A stretch of DNA of 54,015 nucleotides from contig QILK01000008.1 in assembly GCA_003233345.1 (NCBI GenBank), positions 1-54,015 on the forward strand, given 5' to 3'. Shown here piece by piece: positions 37,929 through 48,430 of this stretch (position 1 is the stretch's first letter; each line of letters starts with the position of its first letter). Source of the DNA: Gammaproteobacteria bacterium (lineage in GTDB: Bacteria; Pseudomonadota; Gammaproteobacteria; SZUA-21). Position numbers and translations under genes: made by a program. The notes under the pieces are model-generated. The model ran no database searches. It was not told the origin of the DNA and worked only from the letters and a program-made list of their open reading frames with translations.

Positions 37929-38153
37929 AGTAGAATTGATTCTAGGAATCCTCTATTGTGTCTTTAAATTAAAATAGGCATAAAGGGATGTATCATTGGC
38001 CGGCTGATACTTGTGGAGCCAGGTCTTAATACAGCATAATGCAAGAAACTGCCTGTTAAACCTGGGTGCTGGAAATAATTCGTTTATATTCTGTATATTG
38101 TAATCATTTTGACTACCGTTTGCAGAGACTGAAAATAGCTTTTGGAGATAGGA

Positions 38154-38432
38154 ATGGCACGTGTAACAGTAGAAGATTGTCTGGAAAATGTTGATAACCG
38201 GTTTCAACTAGTCTTGGTTGCAAGCAAACGCGCACGCCAGCTGGCATTGGGGCAGGAAGCAAAACTTCCATGGGAGAACGACAAGCCCACTGTTATGGCT
38301 TTAAGAGAAATTGCAAATGGATTGGTAACGCCGAGAGTGTTGGATGAAGATTCATCTGCACAGGACGAGCCAGTCCCCGAGTCTGCTCCTGATTTAAAAG
38401 AAGTTATTGAGTCCATACCTGCAAGTCAGTAG
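38154..38432 (+). CDS. rpoZ: RNA polymerase omega subunit
   Basis: [33 protein letters not shown]. Confidence 0.97.
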   Translation: MARVTVEDCLENVDNRFQLVLVASKRARQLALGQEAKLPWENDKPTVMALREIANGLVTPRVLDEDSSAQDEPVPESAPDLKEVIESIPASQ

Positions 38433-38549
38433 GCAAACAGTTTAGCGCTTTCCGCTGAATTACAACATTGGTATTAGGCGTATTATTGCACAGAAGCGAT
38501 TTAGGTCGGGCGAATGGCTTGCGGGCTGATAATTTGCGATGTGTAAAAA

Positions 38550-40697
38550 TTGACTGTTAAATCGATCTCAAAATATCCTGATTTTTTTCGAGTAAGCGAC
38601 CTTTGCAGTCTGCTGGAAGTCTATTTATCCGAGGATCACGTCAAAGAAGTTTATCGGGCCTACCTCTATGGTGCAGAAGCGCACGATGGCCAAAGTCGAA
38701 AATCTGGCGAACCTTATATTACTCACCCACTGGCAGTGGCGAAAATTCTTGCTGATTTTCAATTGGATTACCAAAGTATTATCGCCGCAGTCCTTCATGA
38801 TGTTATTGAAGATACCGAGACGCTCAAGGAAAATATTGCCAAGGAGTTTGGGGAAGAGGTCGCTGAACTGGTCGATGGTGTCAGCAAAATTACCCAGATA
38901 AAATTTAATTCTGACGCCGAGGCGCAGGCCGAAAACTTTCGAAAAATGATGTTGGCCATTGTACGCGATATACGCGTAATCATGATAAAGCTGGCAGATC
39001 GACTACATAACATGCGCACTATTGCTGTTATGCCAATCGCTAAAAAACGCCGTATTGCCAAAGAAACGCTAGAAATTTATGTGCCATTGGCAAATCGCCT
39101 GGGTATGAATACCTTGCGTCTGGAGCTGGAAGACCTGGGTCTGAGTGCCTTATATCCATCGCGTGCACGGGTATTAAAAGAGGCGGTACATAAAGCCCGC
39201 GGCAACCGAAAAGAAGTTGTCAAGAAAATTGAGACCAGCATTCGCAGAAGGATGAGCCAGGAAGGGATCAAGGGAGAAGTACTTGGTCGCGAAAAACATA
39301 TTTACAGTATTTATAAAAAAATGAAAACCAAGCAATTGGCTTTTCAGGAAGTATTTGACGTATACGCATTTCGAATTATTGTCGATCGTGTCGATACTAC
39401 TTACCGGGTCTTAGGGACCATGCACAATCTTTATAAGCCTGTTCCAGGAAAATTTAAGGATTATATCGCGATTCCAAAAGCCAATGGTTACCAGTCATTG
39501 CATACCGTATTATTTGGGCCGTACGGTGTGCCGATTGAAATACAGATACGCACGGAAGACATGGAAAAGGTCGCCGAATCCGGCATTGCTGCCCACTGGT
39601 TGTATAAAACCGGGGTTGAAGGTGCCAGCAACCCAGAGGCCAGTGCCCGCAAATGGCTGCATAATGTATTGGAGATCCAGAAAAGTGCGGGTAATTCACT
39701 GGAATTTATTGAGAATGTTAAAATAGATTTATTTCCAGATGAAGTTTATGTGTTTACGCCAAAAGGTGAAATACTGGTATTGGCCAGGGGCGCGACCGCC
39801 GTTGATTATGCTTATGCCGTGCATACTGATGTCGGAAATGGTTGCATAGCTTGTCGTATCGATCGGCGGTTATCACCATTGAGGACAGTGTTAAATACCG
39901 GACAGACAGTAGAAATTATCACCTCAGCAACGGCAACGCCTAATCCGGTCTGGTTGAATTTTGTAATGACAGTAAAGGCGAGAAGCAACATACGCTCGTA
40001 CCTGAAAAATTTGCAAAAAGGTGAGGCGGTTATTTTGGGGCAGCAGTTATTGGACAGAGCCTTGGGTAAGCTGTCGACATCGCTGGCAGATTTTAGAAAA
40101 CGTGATTTAAAGTATTTGGTTAAGGAGTACAAATACAAAAATATCAAGCACTTGTTTATCGAGATTGGTCTTGGAAACCGCTTGGCGCCATTAGTCGCGG
40201 CGAAATTGATTCCCGATGAAGCACGGGTAAAGCGGCGTAAAAACAAGGACGCAAAACCGCTCATGATAAAAGGCACCGAAGGCATGGTCGTCAGTTTTGC
40301 GAAATGTTGTCATCCAATCCCCGGCGATTCCATTGTCGGTTTTGCCTCTACTGGCAAAGGAATTGTGATCCATATTGAAAATTGTAATAATATTGCGGAC
40401 TTTAAAAAGACACCGGATAAGTGGGTCGATGTCGCTTGGGAGCCGGCGACGGACAAGGATTTTTTCGTCGATTTACGCCTTGATGTTTCCAATATAAGGG
40501 GGGTGTTGGCCGTTATTGCGGCGACAATATCGGAAATGGAATCGAATATCGAAAACATTGTTATGGCAGAAAAAGATGGGTTAACGACAACAATGGATGT
40601 TATGTTGACAGTAAGAAACCGACAGCACCTGGCGAGAATTATCAGGCGATTAAGAACGATCAAGGCGATCAGTAAAATAATTCGCCGCAAAGGCTAA
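38550..40697 (+). CDS. spoT: Bifunctional (p)ppGpp synthetase/hydrolase SpoT
   Basis: HD domain (LHDVIEDT), KLADRLHN, NGYQSLHT, TGS and ACT regions; follows rpoZ. Confidence 0.96.
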   Translation: MTVKSISKYPDFFRVSDLCSLLEVYLSEDHVKEVYRAYLYGAEAHDGQSRKSGEPYITHPLAVAKILADFQLDYQSIIAAVLHDVIEDTETLKENIAKEFGEEVAELVDGVSKITQIKFNSDAEAQAENFRKMMLAIVRDIRVIMIKLADRLHNMRTIAVMPIAKKRRIAKETLEIYVPLANRLGMNTLRLELEDLGLSALYPSRARVLKEAVHKARGNRKEVVKKIETSIRRRMSQEGIKGEVLGREKHIYSIYKKMKTKQLAFQEVFDVYAFRIIVDRVDTTYRVLGTMHNLYKPVPGKFKDYIAIPKANGYQSLHTVLFGPYGVPIEIQIRTEDMEKVAESGIAAHWLYKTGVEGASNPEASARKWLHNVLEIQKSAGNSLEFIENVKIDLFPDEVYVFTPKGEILVLARGATAVDYAYAVHTDVGNGCIACRIDRRLSPLRTVLNTGQTVEIITSATATPNPVWLNFVMTVKARSNIRSYLKNLQKGEAVILGQQLLDRALGKLSTSLADFRKRDLKYLVKEYKYKNIKHLFIEIGLGNRLAPLVAAKLIPDEARVKRRKNKDAKPLMIKGTEGMVVSFAKCCHPIPGDSIVGFASTGKGIVIHIENCNNIADFKKTPDKWVDVAWEPATDKDFFVDLRLDVSNIRGVLAVIAATISEMESNIENIVMAEKDGLTTTMDVMLTVRNRQHLARIIRRLRTIKAISKIIRRKG

Positions 40698-40748
40698 ACT
40701 CAGCAAAGCTTAATCTCAAGCTGATTAAAATCAGTAACAGGAAAAAAC

Positions 40749-41132
40749 ATGTCTAAATCTATTATCCTCACAGCACAAGCGCCAAGCGCAATTGGTATCT
40801 ACTCGCAAGCGGTTAAGTCCGGGAATACGGTATATATGTCCGGTCAGATTGCCTTGGACCCGGCGACGATGGAGGTCGTTGGAGAAGCGGATATTGGTCA
40901 GCAGATCCACCAGGTATTTAACAATCTTGCCGCTGTCGCTGAAGCATCTGGCGGGTCCTTAGCGGATATCGTTAAGCTGAATATCTATTTGACGGATTTG
41001 GGGAATTTTCAATTACTTAATGAAATAATGTCACAATATTTTAACGAACCTTATCCGGCACGCGCAGCGGTGGGTGTTGCCGCGTTACCGAAAGGCGTTG
41101 GTGTAGAAATGGATGCAGTGCTTATATTATAG
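40749..41132 (+). CDS. ridA: RidA-family reactive intermediate deaminase
   Basis: YSQA, SGQI, PARAAV, LPK..VE. Confidence 0.93.
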   Translation: MSKSIILTAQAPSAIGIYSQAVKSGNTVYMSGQIALDPATMEVVGEADIGQQIHQVFNNLAAVAEASGGSLADIVKLNIYLTDLGNFQLLNEIMSQYFNEPYPARAAVGVAALPKGVGVEMDAVLIL

Positions 41133-41140
41133 CCTGTCTA

Positions 41141-42184
41141 TTATAGGTCTCCGATTTCCATAGATTGCAAATCACTGGCATGGCTAAATATATGTACCGG
41201 GCAACTTGGCTTGTCGTTGGATGATGCAACATGACCCGTATCGCGAATGAGTATTGCTTTGACATTAAGCGGAAATTTCTTGGCGATCCGGGTGTAAATT
41301 TCCAGGTCGTTTTCACCCGAGTCACCGATGAGTAGCAACGATCTTTGGGGGTAGCGCTGTATAAAATTTTCTATCGCCAGTGTTTTAAAAGTGATGGAAT
41401 TTTGAAATATTTTAAAGAAGCTGCGATCCTTGTAGCGAAAGTGTTTCATGTTAAATGTACCGGCAGGAAATTTTTTGGTCGCTAAAAAATCGACAATTGG
41501 TTTATAAAGCTGCCAAGGGCTTGCAGTCAAATAGTGAAAGTGGGCTTCATAATTTGTTAGCCATTGCTGATATAACTTGGCCATGCCGGGTACCGCAGTG
41601 AATGGCTTTGAGAAGGTGTTGCGTAAGAGTTTAAATTTATTGTTTACATCACTTTGCTTGATAGTATCGTCAATATCAGAGATGATCGTTAAACCATGTG
41701 GTGCGAGAAAGTATATCGAGCCACTTATGCTGGCATGTTCTTGCCCGGTAGCGACTAAATTAAAGGGTATGATCGAGGTGCCATTGCTGTTTAATCGTAA
41801 TGCATTTTCCGGTACCTTTATGATGCTGCGAAAATGTCCGTTAGCATTTGATGCTGCAAGTAAGTATTCGCAGCCACTTAGTTGAATGGTCAACGCCCGG
41901 CCAGATTGATTACCGGTGGCAAACCATTTCAGCCGTGTTTTGAGCAAAGAAGCTGATTCGCTACCGCTAACGGAAAATTGACCAGGTATTTTTTTAAATA
42001 AAGATTGCATTAGCTTCTGAAATTTACTAATAGGTTGGAGATGATGATAAGAATAAATCCAGCCGTGTATTTCGACGTACCAGTTGCTGTCTAGGCCTTG
42101 GTAGGCCGTTCCAGGAAAAAATAGCAGTTCGTCAGTATTCGAAAAATTATTGAAATTGTTTGCAGGGGGCATTTGTTGTTTCAC
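41141..42184 (-). CDS. App1-family (DUF2183) phosphatidate phosphatase-like protein
   Basis: ISDIDDTIK (DxDxT), VPGM, ASPWQLY, LIGDSGEND. Confidence 0.85.
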   Translation of the reverse strand: MKQQMPPANNFNNFSNTDELLFFPGTAYQGLDSNWYVEIHGWIYSYHHLQPISKFQKLMQSLFKKIPGQFSVSGSESASLLKTRLKWFATGNQSGRALTIQLSGCEYLLAASNANGHFRSIIKVPENALRLNSNGTSIIPFNLVATGQEHASISGSIYFLAPHGLTIISDIDDTIKQSDVNNKFKLLRNTFSKPFTAVPGMAKLYQQWLTNYEAHFHYLTASPWQLYKPIVDFLATKKFPAGTFNMKHFRYKDRSFFKIFQNSITFKTLAIENFIQRYPQRSLLLIGDSGENDLEIYTRIAKKFPLNVKAILIRDTGHVASSNDKPSCPVHIFSHASDLQSMEIGDL

Positions 42185-42284
42185 CGACTAAAATTATTTG
42201 CAAAAACTATCTTACCCAGCCTGCATATCACATAAATACAGGCCAATAATTTTAGATTATAATATGGATTCGAACAGTTATGAA

Positions 42285-42318
42285 TGAATTTAAACGGCTG
42301 TTCTTCCCTGGCGTTCGC
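42285..42318 (-). repeat. Degenerate remnant of a REP-doublet left arm
   Basis: TGAATTTAAACGGCTGTTCTTCCCTGGCGTTCGC is close to the reverse complement of copy 1 positions ~26271-26308. Confidence 0.7.
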
Positions 42319-42356
42319 GGCGAGACTGTGCAAGTATTAAATTAAAAAATTAGTAA

Positions 42357-42510
42357 GTAGCCCGGACTTCGCGTAGCGAACGCCGGGGAAAAGGAAAATA
42401 GTTTAAAATTCAATTAAAACAAGCGTAAGGATAAGGCGGTCAATGTTTAACTAAGACGTGGAAGAATAGGATCTTCGTTCCCGGCGTTCGCTGCGCGAAG
42501 TCCGGGCTAC
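42357..42510. repeat. GTAG-family REP doublet, copy 3
   Basis: Same terminal inverted REPs; 154 bp; spacer shares ACTAAGACG.GGAAGAATAGGAT with copy 2. Confidence 0.92.
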
Positions 42511-42537
42511 TGACAAATTTTACCTGGAAATATAGAT

Positions 42538-43512
42538 ATGAATAGTAACGGCCATTTGGTTTTTACCTGGTTTAAACTTGTCTTGCTGGCAACGTTGTTA
42601 ACTGCCTGTGGGTCAGATAAGCAGCAAAGTATCGAGCTTGAGCTACGCCAAGTCATGCCCGACTTGGGTGAAACTTCAGACCAGCCAGTTACTTTAAGAT
42701 ACAAGTATGTTGTCGGTCAAAGTGTCAGGGCTAAAGTTGAAATTTCTGTGAAAAGTCTTTCCCGCTTTGGAGAGCGTTATCAGGAAAATCAAGCCGGGAA
42801 GGCCGGGGAGATCGGAACTAAAATGATTTCTGCAGATATTGAATATAAGGTCAGGTCTGTTGATAATAACAATAATGGCGAAGTATTATTTGCAATTACC
42901 GGTGTGCGCTTTTTCTCAAGCTCTGGAACAGGCCAACATTATTTTAATTCCGATAACAAGCGACTTTCAAAAACAGCAGATATGGCTGTACTAAGTTTAC
43001 TAAAAGAGGCGCCTATCAAGTTAACGATAAGTGAGCTGGGCGAAATAAAGAAACGCGATTTTACCCAGTTGAAACTTAAAGCCAAACAGGCAAATTTGTC
43101 TTATCAATATAAGCAGTTGCACAAAATTGTAAACCAGATTATTAATGAGGTATTTTTACCGTTACCGGAGAAAATAGTCAATATAGGTGCGGTTGTGCCC
43201 GCTGGCAGCGAAATTGTCAATATTTCCGGGCTTAAGGAATATAAGATCAAGCTAATGTATCGTATAAAAGCAGTTTCTAATAACAAGAAACTTGTTTTGC
43301 TGGAGCCAATCGTTGATTTTGATTTAGTAAAAAAGGGCGAAAAAATAAATATTATCGAAAGTAGGCAAAAAACATGGCGACTTTTCGATCTAGAAAACGG
43401 CCGTTTTGCCAGAAGTTCGGCAGATAATAAATATAAGCTAAAGGTTAAATTGCTGGATGCCGCTGCAACGATTGAGCTTAGTTCACAATCTTCTTTTAGC
43501 GTGGTAGATTAA
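42538..43512 (+). CDS. Lipoprotein of unknown function (beta-rich)
   Basis: Lipobox LTAC; LRYKY..G, F.S, FD..NGR pattern; 324-aa ORF. Confidence 0.75.
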   Translation: MNSNGHLVFTWFKLVLLATLLTACGSDKQQSIELELRQVMPDLGETSDQPVTLRYKYVVGQSVRAKVEISVKSLSRFGERYQENQAGKAGEIGTKMISADIEYKVRSVDNNNNGEVLFAITGVRFFSSSGTGQHYFNSDNKRLSKTADMAVLSLLKEAPIKLTISELGEIKKRDFTQLKLKAKQANLSYQYKQLHKIVNQIINEVFLPLPEKIVNIGAVVPAGSEIVNISGLKEYKIKLMYRIKAVSNNKKLVLLEPIVDFDLVKKGEKINIIESRQKTWRLFDLENGRFARSSADNKYKLKVKLLDAAATIELSSQSSFSVVD

Positions 43513-43651
43513 GTGAGTTTTAGCTTACAATGGGCAATCATTGCAGTTTTGTGATGAAATGAGATTATTAGCGGTGATATTATAGAACAAGATGCCATCA
43601 ATTATATAAAATGAATATAAACATAATAGTTATGATTATGGAGAAGTAATA

Positions 43652-43972
43652 ATGAACAGAATAGTTATTTTCACTTTGGCTGCCACAGCCGTTTTATTAT
43701 CAGGGTGCAGTTGGGTTAAACTTGATAAAACTGCTCGAAATGTCGCGGTTGTAAAACCTCGTTATGTAAAAGGATGTGAATATCTTGGTATGGTAAGCGG
43801 TAAGGTTTTTACCGGGGCCGCCGGGGTTCAGCGTAGCAGGCGCAAAGTGTCAGAAGAAATTCAAACCATTGCCCGTAACAATGCAGCGTCAATGGGTGGC
43901 GATAGTGTTGTGCCAGCGGGTCGGGTAGCGGAAGGCCGACAAAAATTTAAAGTTTATCGGTGTGGGCGCTAA
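43652..43972 (+). CDS. DUF4156-like lipoprotein
   Basis: GGAG RBS, lipobox LSGC, CEYLG, ARNNAA.MGGD, YRC. Confidence 0.85.
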   Translation: MNRIVIFTLAATAVLLSGCSWVKLDKTARNVAVVKPRYVKGCEYLGMVSGKVFTGAAGVQRSRRKVSEEIQTIARNNAASMGGDSVVPAGRVAEGRQKFKVYRCGR

Positions 43973-44001
43973 AATTAAGCGCAAGCCACTTAGCGTTTTA
44001 A

Positions 44002-44029
44002 AAACCGCCCGAAAGGGCGGTTTGTGTTT
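44002..44029 (+). terminator. Intrinsic terminator
   Basis: AAACCGCCC-GAAA-GGGCGGTTT-GTGTTT. Confidence 0.8.
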
Positions 44030-44072
44030 GTACCCGCTAATCAGCTAAAGTCGATATAGTAAGAGACAAAAA

Positions 44073-45806
44073 ATGTTATTAGAAAATATACTCCAGCAGA
44101 AAAACAGTAAGTGCTTTGTTTTTATTTATGTAATTTTTTTTCTAGTTTTGAGTGTGTGTGCCAATGCTGGAAATAAATCGAAAAAGCACAAGGTCCCCGG
44201 CTATGCGGTTGCAAGTGCGCATCCGTTAGCAACTGCTGCGGGTATAAAAGTCTTAGCATCGGGCGGAAATGCTTTTGATGCAGCAGTGGCTGTGTCTTCT
44301 GTGCTTGCGGTTGTTGAGCCCTATAGCTCTGGCATGGGTGGCGGTGGTTTGTGGCTGCTATATCACGCTAAATCGGGAAAAACCATTATGGTTGATGGGC
44401 GCGAAAAAGCACCAGCCCAGGCGACACGAAACATGTATTTGGACAAGCAAGGTCAATTAATAAAAGGGTTGTCAATCAATGGCGTCCTTTCAGCAGGTAT
44501 TCCGGGACAAGTCGCTGCCTTGGTGCATATTGCTAAAAAATATGGCAAGTTGCCCCTCTCAAAATCCATGCAAGCATCAATTCGATTGGCTGAAAACGGA
44601 TTTAGAATAGACCCGATTTATATTCGCCTGGCAAATTTCAGGCTAAAGAGCTTGCAAAACTCGACTGAGTCAAAAAAAATTCTGTTAGACAATGGCAAAG
44701 TCCCGGCCCCCGGTTATTTGCTGCGACAACGGCAGTTGGCAAATACCTTAAGGCTTATTAGTCGACAAGGTCATAAAGGTTTTTATCAAGGGTCGGTTGC
44801 CAGAAAACTTGTTGATGCGGTTCGATCCGCTGGCGGTATCTGGACACTTGAAGATTTAAAGAACTATAAAATCGTAGAGCGTCAGCCGATCGTTTTCCAA
44901 TACCGGGGTATAAAAGTAACATCGGCATCTTTGCCATCATCGGGTGGGATTGTGCTCGCCGAGATATTTAATATGCTGGAGATACTATCGCCGGCAAAAC
45001 AGAAAAAGGCGCATCTGATCATTGAAGCCATGCGTTTTGCTTATCGAGACCGGGCGCGGTATCTCGGTGATGCTGACTTTGTGAAGGTTGCTGTGAAAAA
45101 ACTTATCAGTAAACAATACGCAAAATCATTGACACAAAAAATTAATCCTAGCCGGGCGACCCCCAGTAGCAGCCTGACTAACTCGGTTTCCGGGTCGGCA
45201 ACAACAAAGCAGGAGTCACGGCATACCACCCACTTCTCAATTATTGACAACACCGGCAATCGAGTGGCAGCTACATTAACGATCAACTACCCTTTTGGGT
45301 CCGGGTTTATTGCTAAAGGCACAGGGATTTTGTTAAATGATGAAATGGATGATTTTTCCAGTAAACCTGGATCGCCAAATGCTTATGGTTTGGTCGGTGC
45401 TGAAGCGAACGCAATTGCTGCCAATAAGAGACCTTTATCAAGTATGTCGCCAACATTTTTGGAAACCGCCGATCGAATTGCCGTTTTGGGGACTCCGGGT
45501 GGCAGTAGGATTATCACGATGGTGATGAACGCGATATTCGGATTTGAGCAAAACCTGGATGCCAAACAAATCGTGGCAAAAAAGCGATACCATCATCAGT
45601 ATCTACCCGATGTTGTTCAATATGAAACCGGCGCATTAACGGTTCAGGAAATAGATAGTTTGCAGAAAAAAGGGCATAAGTTAAAACAGATTCAAGGTGG
45701 TTATGGCAATATGCAAATAATTATTTGGGACAAGCAGAAAAAAACAATTGAAGCGGCCAGTGATCCTCGTGGTATTGGTGCTGCTAAAGTATCAGTGAAT
45801 CAGTAA
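44073..45806 (+). CDS. ggt: Gamma-glutamyltranspeptidase
   Basis: GGNAFDAAVA, DGREKAP, HTTHFS, LNDEMDDF, RPLSSMSP, GTPGGSRI, SDPR. Confidence 0.96.
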   Translation: MLLENILQQKNSKCFVFIYVIFFLVLSVCANAGNKSKKHKVPGYAVASAHPLATAAGIKVLASGGNAFDAAVAVSSVLAVVEPYSSGMGGGGLWLLYHAKSGKTIMVDGREKAPAQATRNMYLDKQGQLIKGLSINGVLSAGIPGQVAALVHIAKKYGKLPLSKSMQASIRLAENGFRIDPIYIRLANFRLKSLQNSTESKKILLDNGKVPAPGYLLRQRQLANTLRLISRQGHKGFYQGSVARKLVDAVRSAGGIWTLEDLKNYKIVERQPIVFQYRGIKVTSASLPSSGGIVLAEIFNMLEILSPAKQKKAHLIIEAMRFAYRDRARYLGDADFVKVAVKKLISKQYAKSLTQKINPSRATPSSSLTNSVSGSATTKQESRHTTHFSIIDNTGNRVAATLTINYPFGSGFIAKGTGILLNDEMDDFSSKPGSPNAYGLVGAEANAIAANKRPLSSMSPTFLETADRIAVLGTPGGSRIITMVMNAIFGFEQNLDAKQIVAKKRYHHQYLPDVVQYETGALTVQEIDSLQKKGHKLKQIQGGYGNMQIIIWDKQKKTIEAASDPRGIGAAKVSVNQ

Positions 45807-45827
45807 ACCAGGTGACGATAGACGGAT

Positions 45828-46163
45828 CTAGCTATAGTGCTTGGCTTTTTTAACGCCCAGTTTGCGGTTACGAGCCTGCTGTGTGATTACGCCGCGGATT
45901 TGATACTGATTGATCAGTTTAATTTCCGGGTGCTGGTCGTTTAAGGGCACAAGATAAGCTTGCTGTTCGCGAATTTCCAATTTTCGGAAATAAACATCAT
46001 CATCGTAATCGGCGACAACATAAGAGCCGTGGGTGTGCGGGTGGTCAGGATCAACAATAATAATGGCACCATGGAGAAACTCAGGCTGCATATAGTCGCC
46101 ATGAACCATCAGTGCATAGGGTGCCCGACTAGAACATCCGCCTTCATCATGTGAATTATGCAT
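45828..46163 (-). CDS. Stand-alone S24/LexA peptidase-like domain protein, probably inactive
   Basis: YALMVHGDYMQPEF..G.IIIVDP, LVPLN, I.GV; the canonical GDSM reads GDYM. Confidence 0.8.
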   Translation of the reverse strand: MHNSHDEGGCSSRAPYALMVHGDYMQPEFLHGAIIIVDPDHPHTHGSYVVADYDDDVYFRKLEIREQQAYLVPLNDQHPEIKLINQYQIRGVITQQARNRKLGVKKAKHYS

Positions 46164-46231
46164 ACGCTATTATCCTGTTTAATACTTGTTCGGTTGATCT
46201 TCTGATTTAAGCCTATCATAGCTGTAAACGG

Positions 46232-47047
46232 TTATCGTTGACAAGTTGCGCAATAGAAACTGTTACGCTGATTGATACGCTTACTGATTATAGGGTGATT
46301 GCAAACGCGACAGGGTTTGCCTGCCAGGCCGTAAACACAAAGTTGTTGGGAAAAATAGCCTGGTTTTCCGTCTGAATTGCTAAAATCACGTATGGTCGAC
46401 CCGCCTGCTTCGATCGCCAGTTCGAGCGTTTTCTGTATTTGCGTTGCCAGTCTATCATAACGACTACAACTGATTCGGCCTGCCGAACGCAGTGGATGAA
46501 TAGCCGATTTGAACAAAGCTTCATTGGCATAAATATTTCCAACGCCGGCAACGACCTGTGCATTCATGATAAACGATTTGATACATTGTTTTTTGTTGCG
46601 CGACAGATCGTATAGATACTTACCGGTGAATAACTTGTCAAACGGTTCGATCCCAAGGCAAGCTAACAATTTATGTTGTAGTGGATTTTGGTCTGTTAAC
46701 AGGATCGAGCCAAAACGTCGGGGGTCGTTATATCTAACGATCACGCCATTATCAAAACAGATGTCCACATGGTCATGTTTTTCTGCTGCCACGGTGGCAT
46801 CCGTAATTTTTAGACTGCCCGACATACCGAGATGAATAACCAGGCAATGTGAATTTGTTTTTAATAATAAATATTTTGCCCGGCGCTCGACCGACAGCAG
46901 TTTTTGTCCAGGCAGGCATTGGCTTATATCTGCGGTGACGGGCCAGCGCAATGAGGCATTACGAATAATAATCTTTTGAAACTTCTGATTATTAATATGC
47001 GGTTTGATCCCGCGGCGAATGGTTTCAACTTCAGGTAATTCGGGCAT
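46232..47047 (-). CDS. mutM: Formamidopyrimidine-DNA glycosylase
   Basis: MPELPEVET, RRAKYL, HLGMSG, DPRRFG, GNIYANE, C4 zinc finger. Confidence 0.97.
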   Translation of the reverse strand: MPELPEVETIRRGIKPHINNQKFQKIIIRNASLRWPVTADISQCLPGQKLLSVERRAKYLLLKTNSHCLVIHLGMSGSLKITDATVAAEKHDHVDICFDNGVIVRYNDPRRFGSILLTDQNPLQHKLLACLGIEPFDKLFTGKYLYDLSRNKKQCIKSFIMNAQVVAGVGNIYANEALFKSAIHPLRSAGRISCSRYDRLATQIQKTLELAIEAGGSTIRDFSNSDGKPGYFSQQLCVYGLAGKPCRVCNHPIISKRINQRNSFYCATCQR

Positions 47048-47080
47048 GCCCTAGTTTAACAAGTTTTAACGGTTGTCGCA

Positions 47081-48430
47081 CTATTGCTTGTTACGGCTTC
47101 TCCAGCGATAAAAGCCAGCGATGGAAAAAACACTGGGAATCAGCAATATAAATATAAAGGCAAAAATATTTTTGCCACTATTGGATAAACGGAAACTATT
47201 AGTCCCTAATTTTTGCGGGCGCAAAATGGTATTCAAACGTTCATGATAGCTGAGCCAGTTAAACATATTAACACCAAGAAAACGGTTAGCCCCCAGGTAT
47301 AGATGTTCGTTGGACAAAAAGTCGCTATCACCGGTAACAATAATTCGCTGCATGGGTTTATTCTTGCGCTTGGGTGCTTCGATTGCGACAGCAATCGTGA
47401 GAGGCCCGCGGCTATCTGTAGAGCTGCTGTCATATTTTAATGACCCGGCACTGTTTTTACTGTTTAGGTTGGTTTCGTTCCAGTCAGTTACTGCAGAGTT
47501 AACGATTGATGTGACTACCAACGGTGGTTGCTTTATCATTTTCAGGGCCGCGCTGATGGGAAACAGGGCATGAAAACCATTTAGATTGGCAGCGACCGGG
47601 TGGTGATTACCCGAAAACATGGGCTGAACATAAAGCGTTGGTTTTTTATTATTGCTATGACTTACAATCACCCCGGGTAAAAAGCGGATTCCGAGTCTGG
47701 ATGCCAGTCCTGAAAGTCGTTCTTTTGTTCCAGGATCATATAACCATAATAAATTGCCACCACTGTCGAGATAGGATTTTATCGAAGCGACTTCCTTTTC
47801 CTCAAAGTCCCGCCGTGCCCCGGCGATGACAAAGATACTGGTGTTTTTCGGTATAGAGCCGGTTTTAGATAAATCGAGCGCTTGCACATGGAAGTTTCTT
47901 TTTTTAAGGTGTTCGACCAGTTGTGAGTAGCCCTGTCTGCTGTTGCTGAATATGTTTTTTTCAGCATGCCCTTCGCTAAACACAATCCAGATATCTTTCT
48001 TATAAACGAGTTGAAGCAAACTATTGGCAAAGGACTCTTCGTCAAGAAAGCGTAATTTTTTGTGTCGGCCGCCGAGTTCAAGAATGACTTCCTGGGTAGC
48101 GATAACACCGTATTTTTTTGCCAGGTAGAGTTGGTCGGCGTGGTTAACAAAATCAAGTGAAATATTTTTTTTATGTCGCTGAAATTTACGGATAAACTGT
48201 TTTATCTTTGCGCGAACGACACGGGTGTTTGCCGATTCGCCTTTTTTCGCTTGCGTGACGAAGGCAGTGACGGTGATGTTTTCTGGAATCGTCGCTAGAA
48301 TGTTAATCGTGGCAGTGGATAAGGAATTTTTGTTATCCCGTGTCATGTCGATCGAAAAAAACTCGGTGTGACTTGTCCAGCCAAGCACGATAGCCAGCAG
48401 CACGGCAAGTATGACTTTAACCCTGTTCAT
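47081..48430 (-). CDS. GldG-like ABC transporter auxiliary component
   Basis: D.T....SLS..T, GH.E, YLDSGGNLL, GDSDFLSN, NWL; N- and C-terminal TM helices. Confidence 0.85.
   Translation of the reverse strand: MNRVKVILAVLLAIVLGWTSHTEFFSIDMTRDNKNSLSTATINILATIPENITVTAFVTQAKKGESANTRVVRAKIKQFIRKFQRHKKNISLDFVNHADQLYLAKKYGVIATQEVILELGGRHKKLRFLDEESFANSLLQLVYKKDIWIVFSEGHAEKNIFSNSRQGYSQLVEHLKKRNFHVQALDLSKTGSIPKNTSIFVIAGARRDFEEKEVASIKSYLDSGGNLLWLYDPGTKERLSGLASRLGIRFLPGVIVSHSNNKKPTLYVQPMFSGNHHPVAANLNGFHALFPISAALKMIKQPPLVVTSIVNSAVTDWNETNLNSKNSAGSLKYDSSSTDSRGPLTIAVAIEAPKRKNKPMQRIIVTGDSDFLSNEHLYLGANRFLGVNMFNWLSYHERLNTILRPQKLGTNSFRLSNSGKNIFAFIFILLIPSVFSIAGFYRWRSRNKQ

Noticed and set aside
42507-42704. 65-aa minus-strand ORF ending at the REP TAG
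   Set aside because: Antisense to the lipoprotein 5' end with no coding features, so it was not counted as a stop-codon capture
43589-43611. AAGATGC... as an NsrR operator
   Set aside because: Only one partial half-site; no inverted partner
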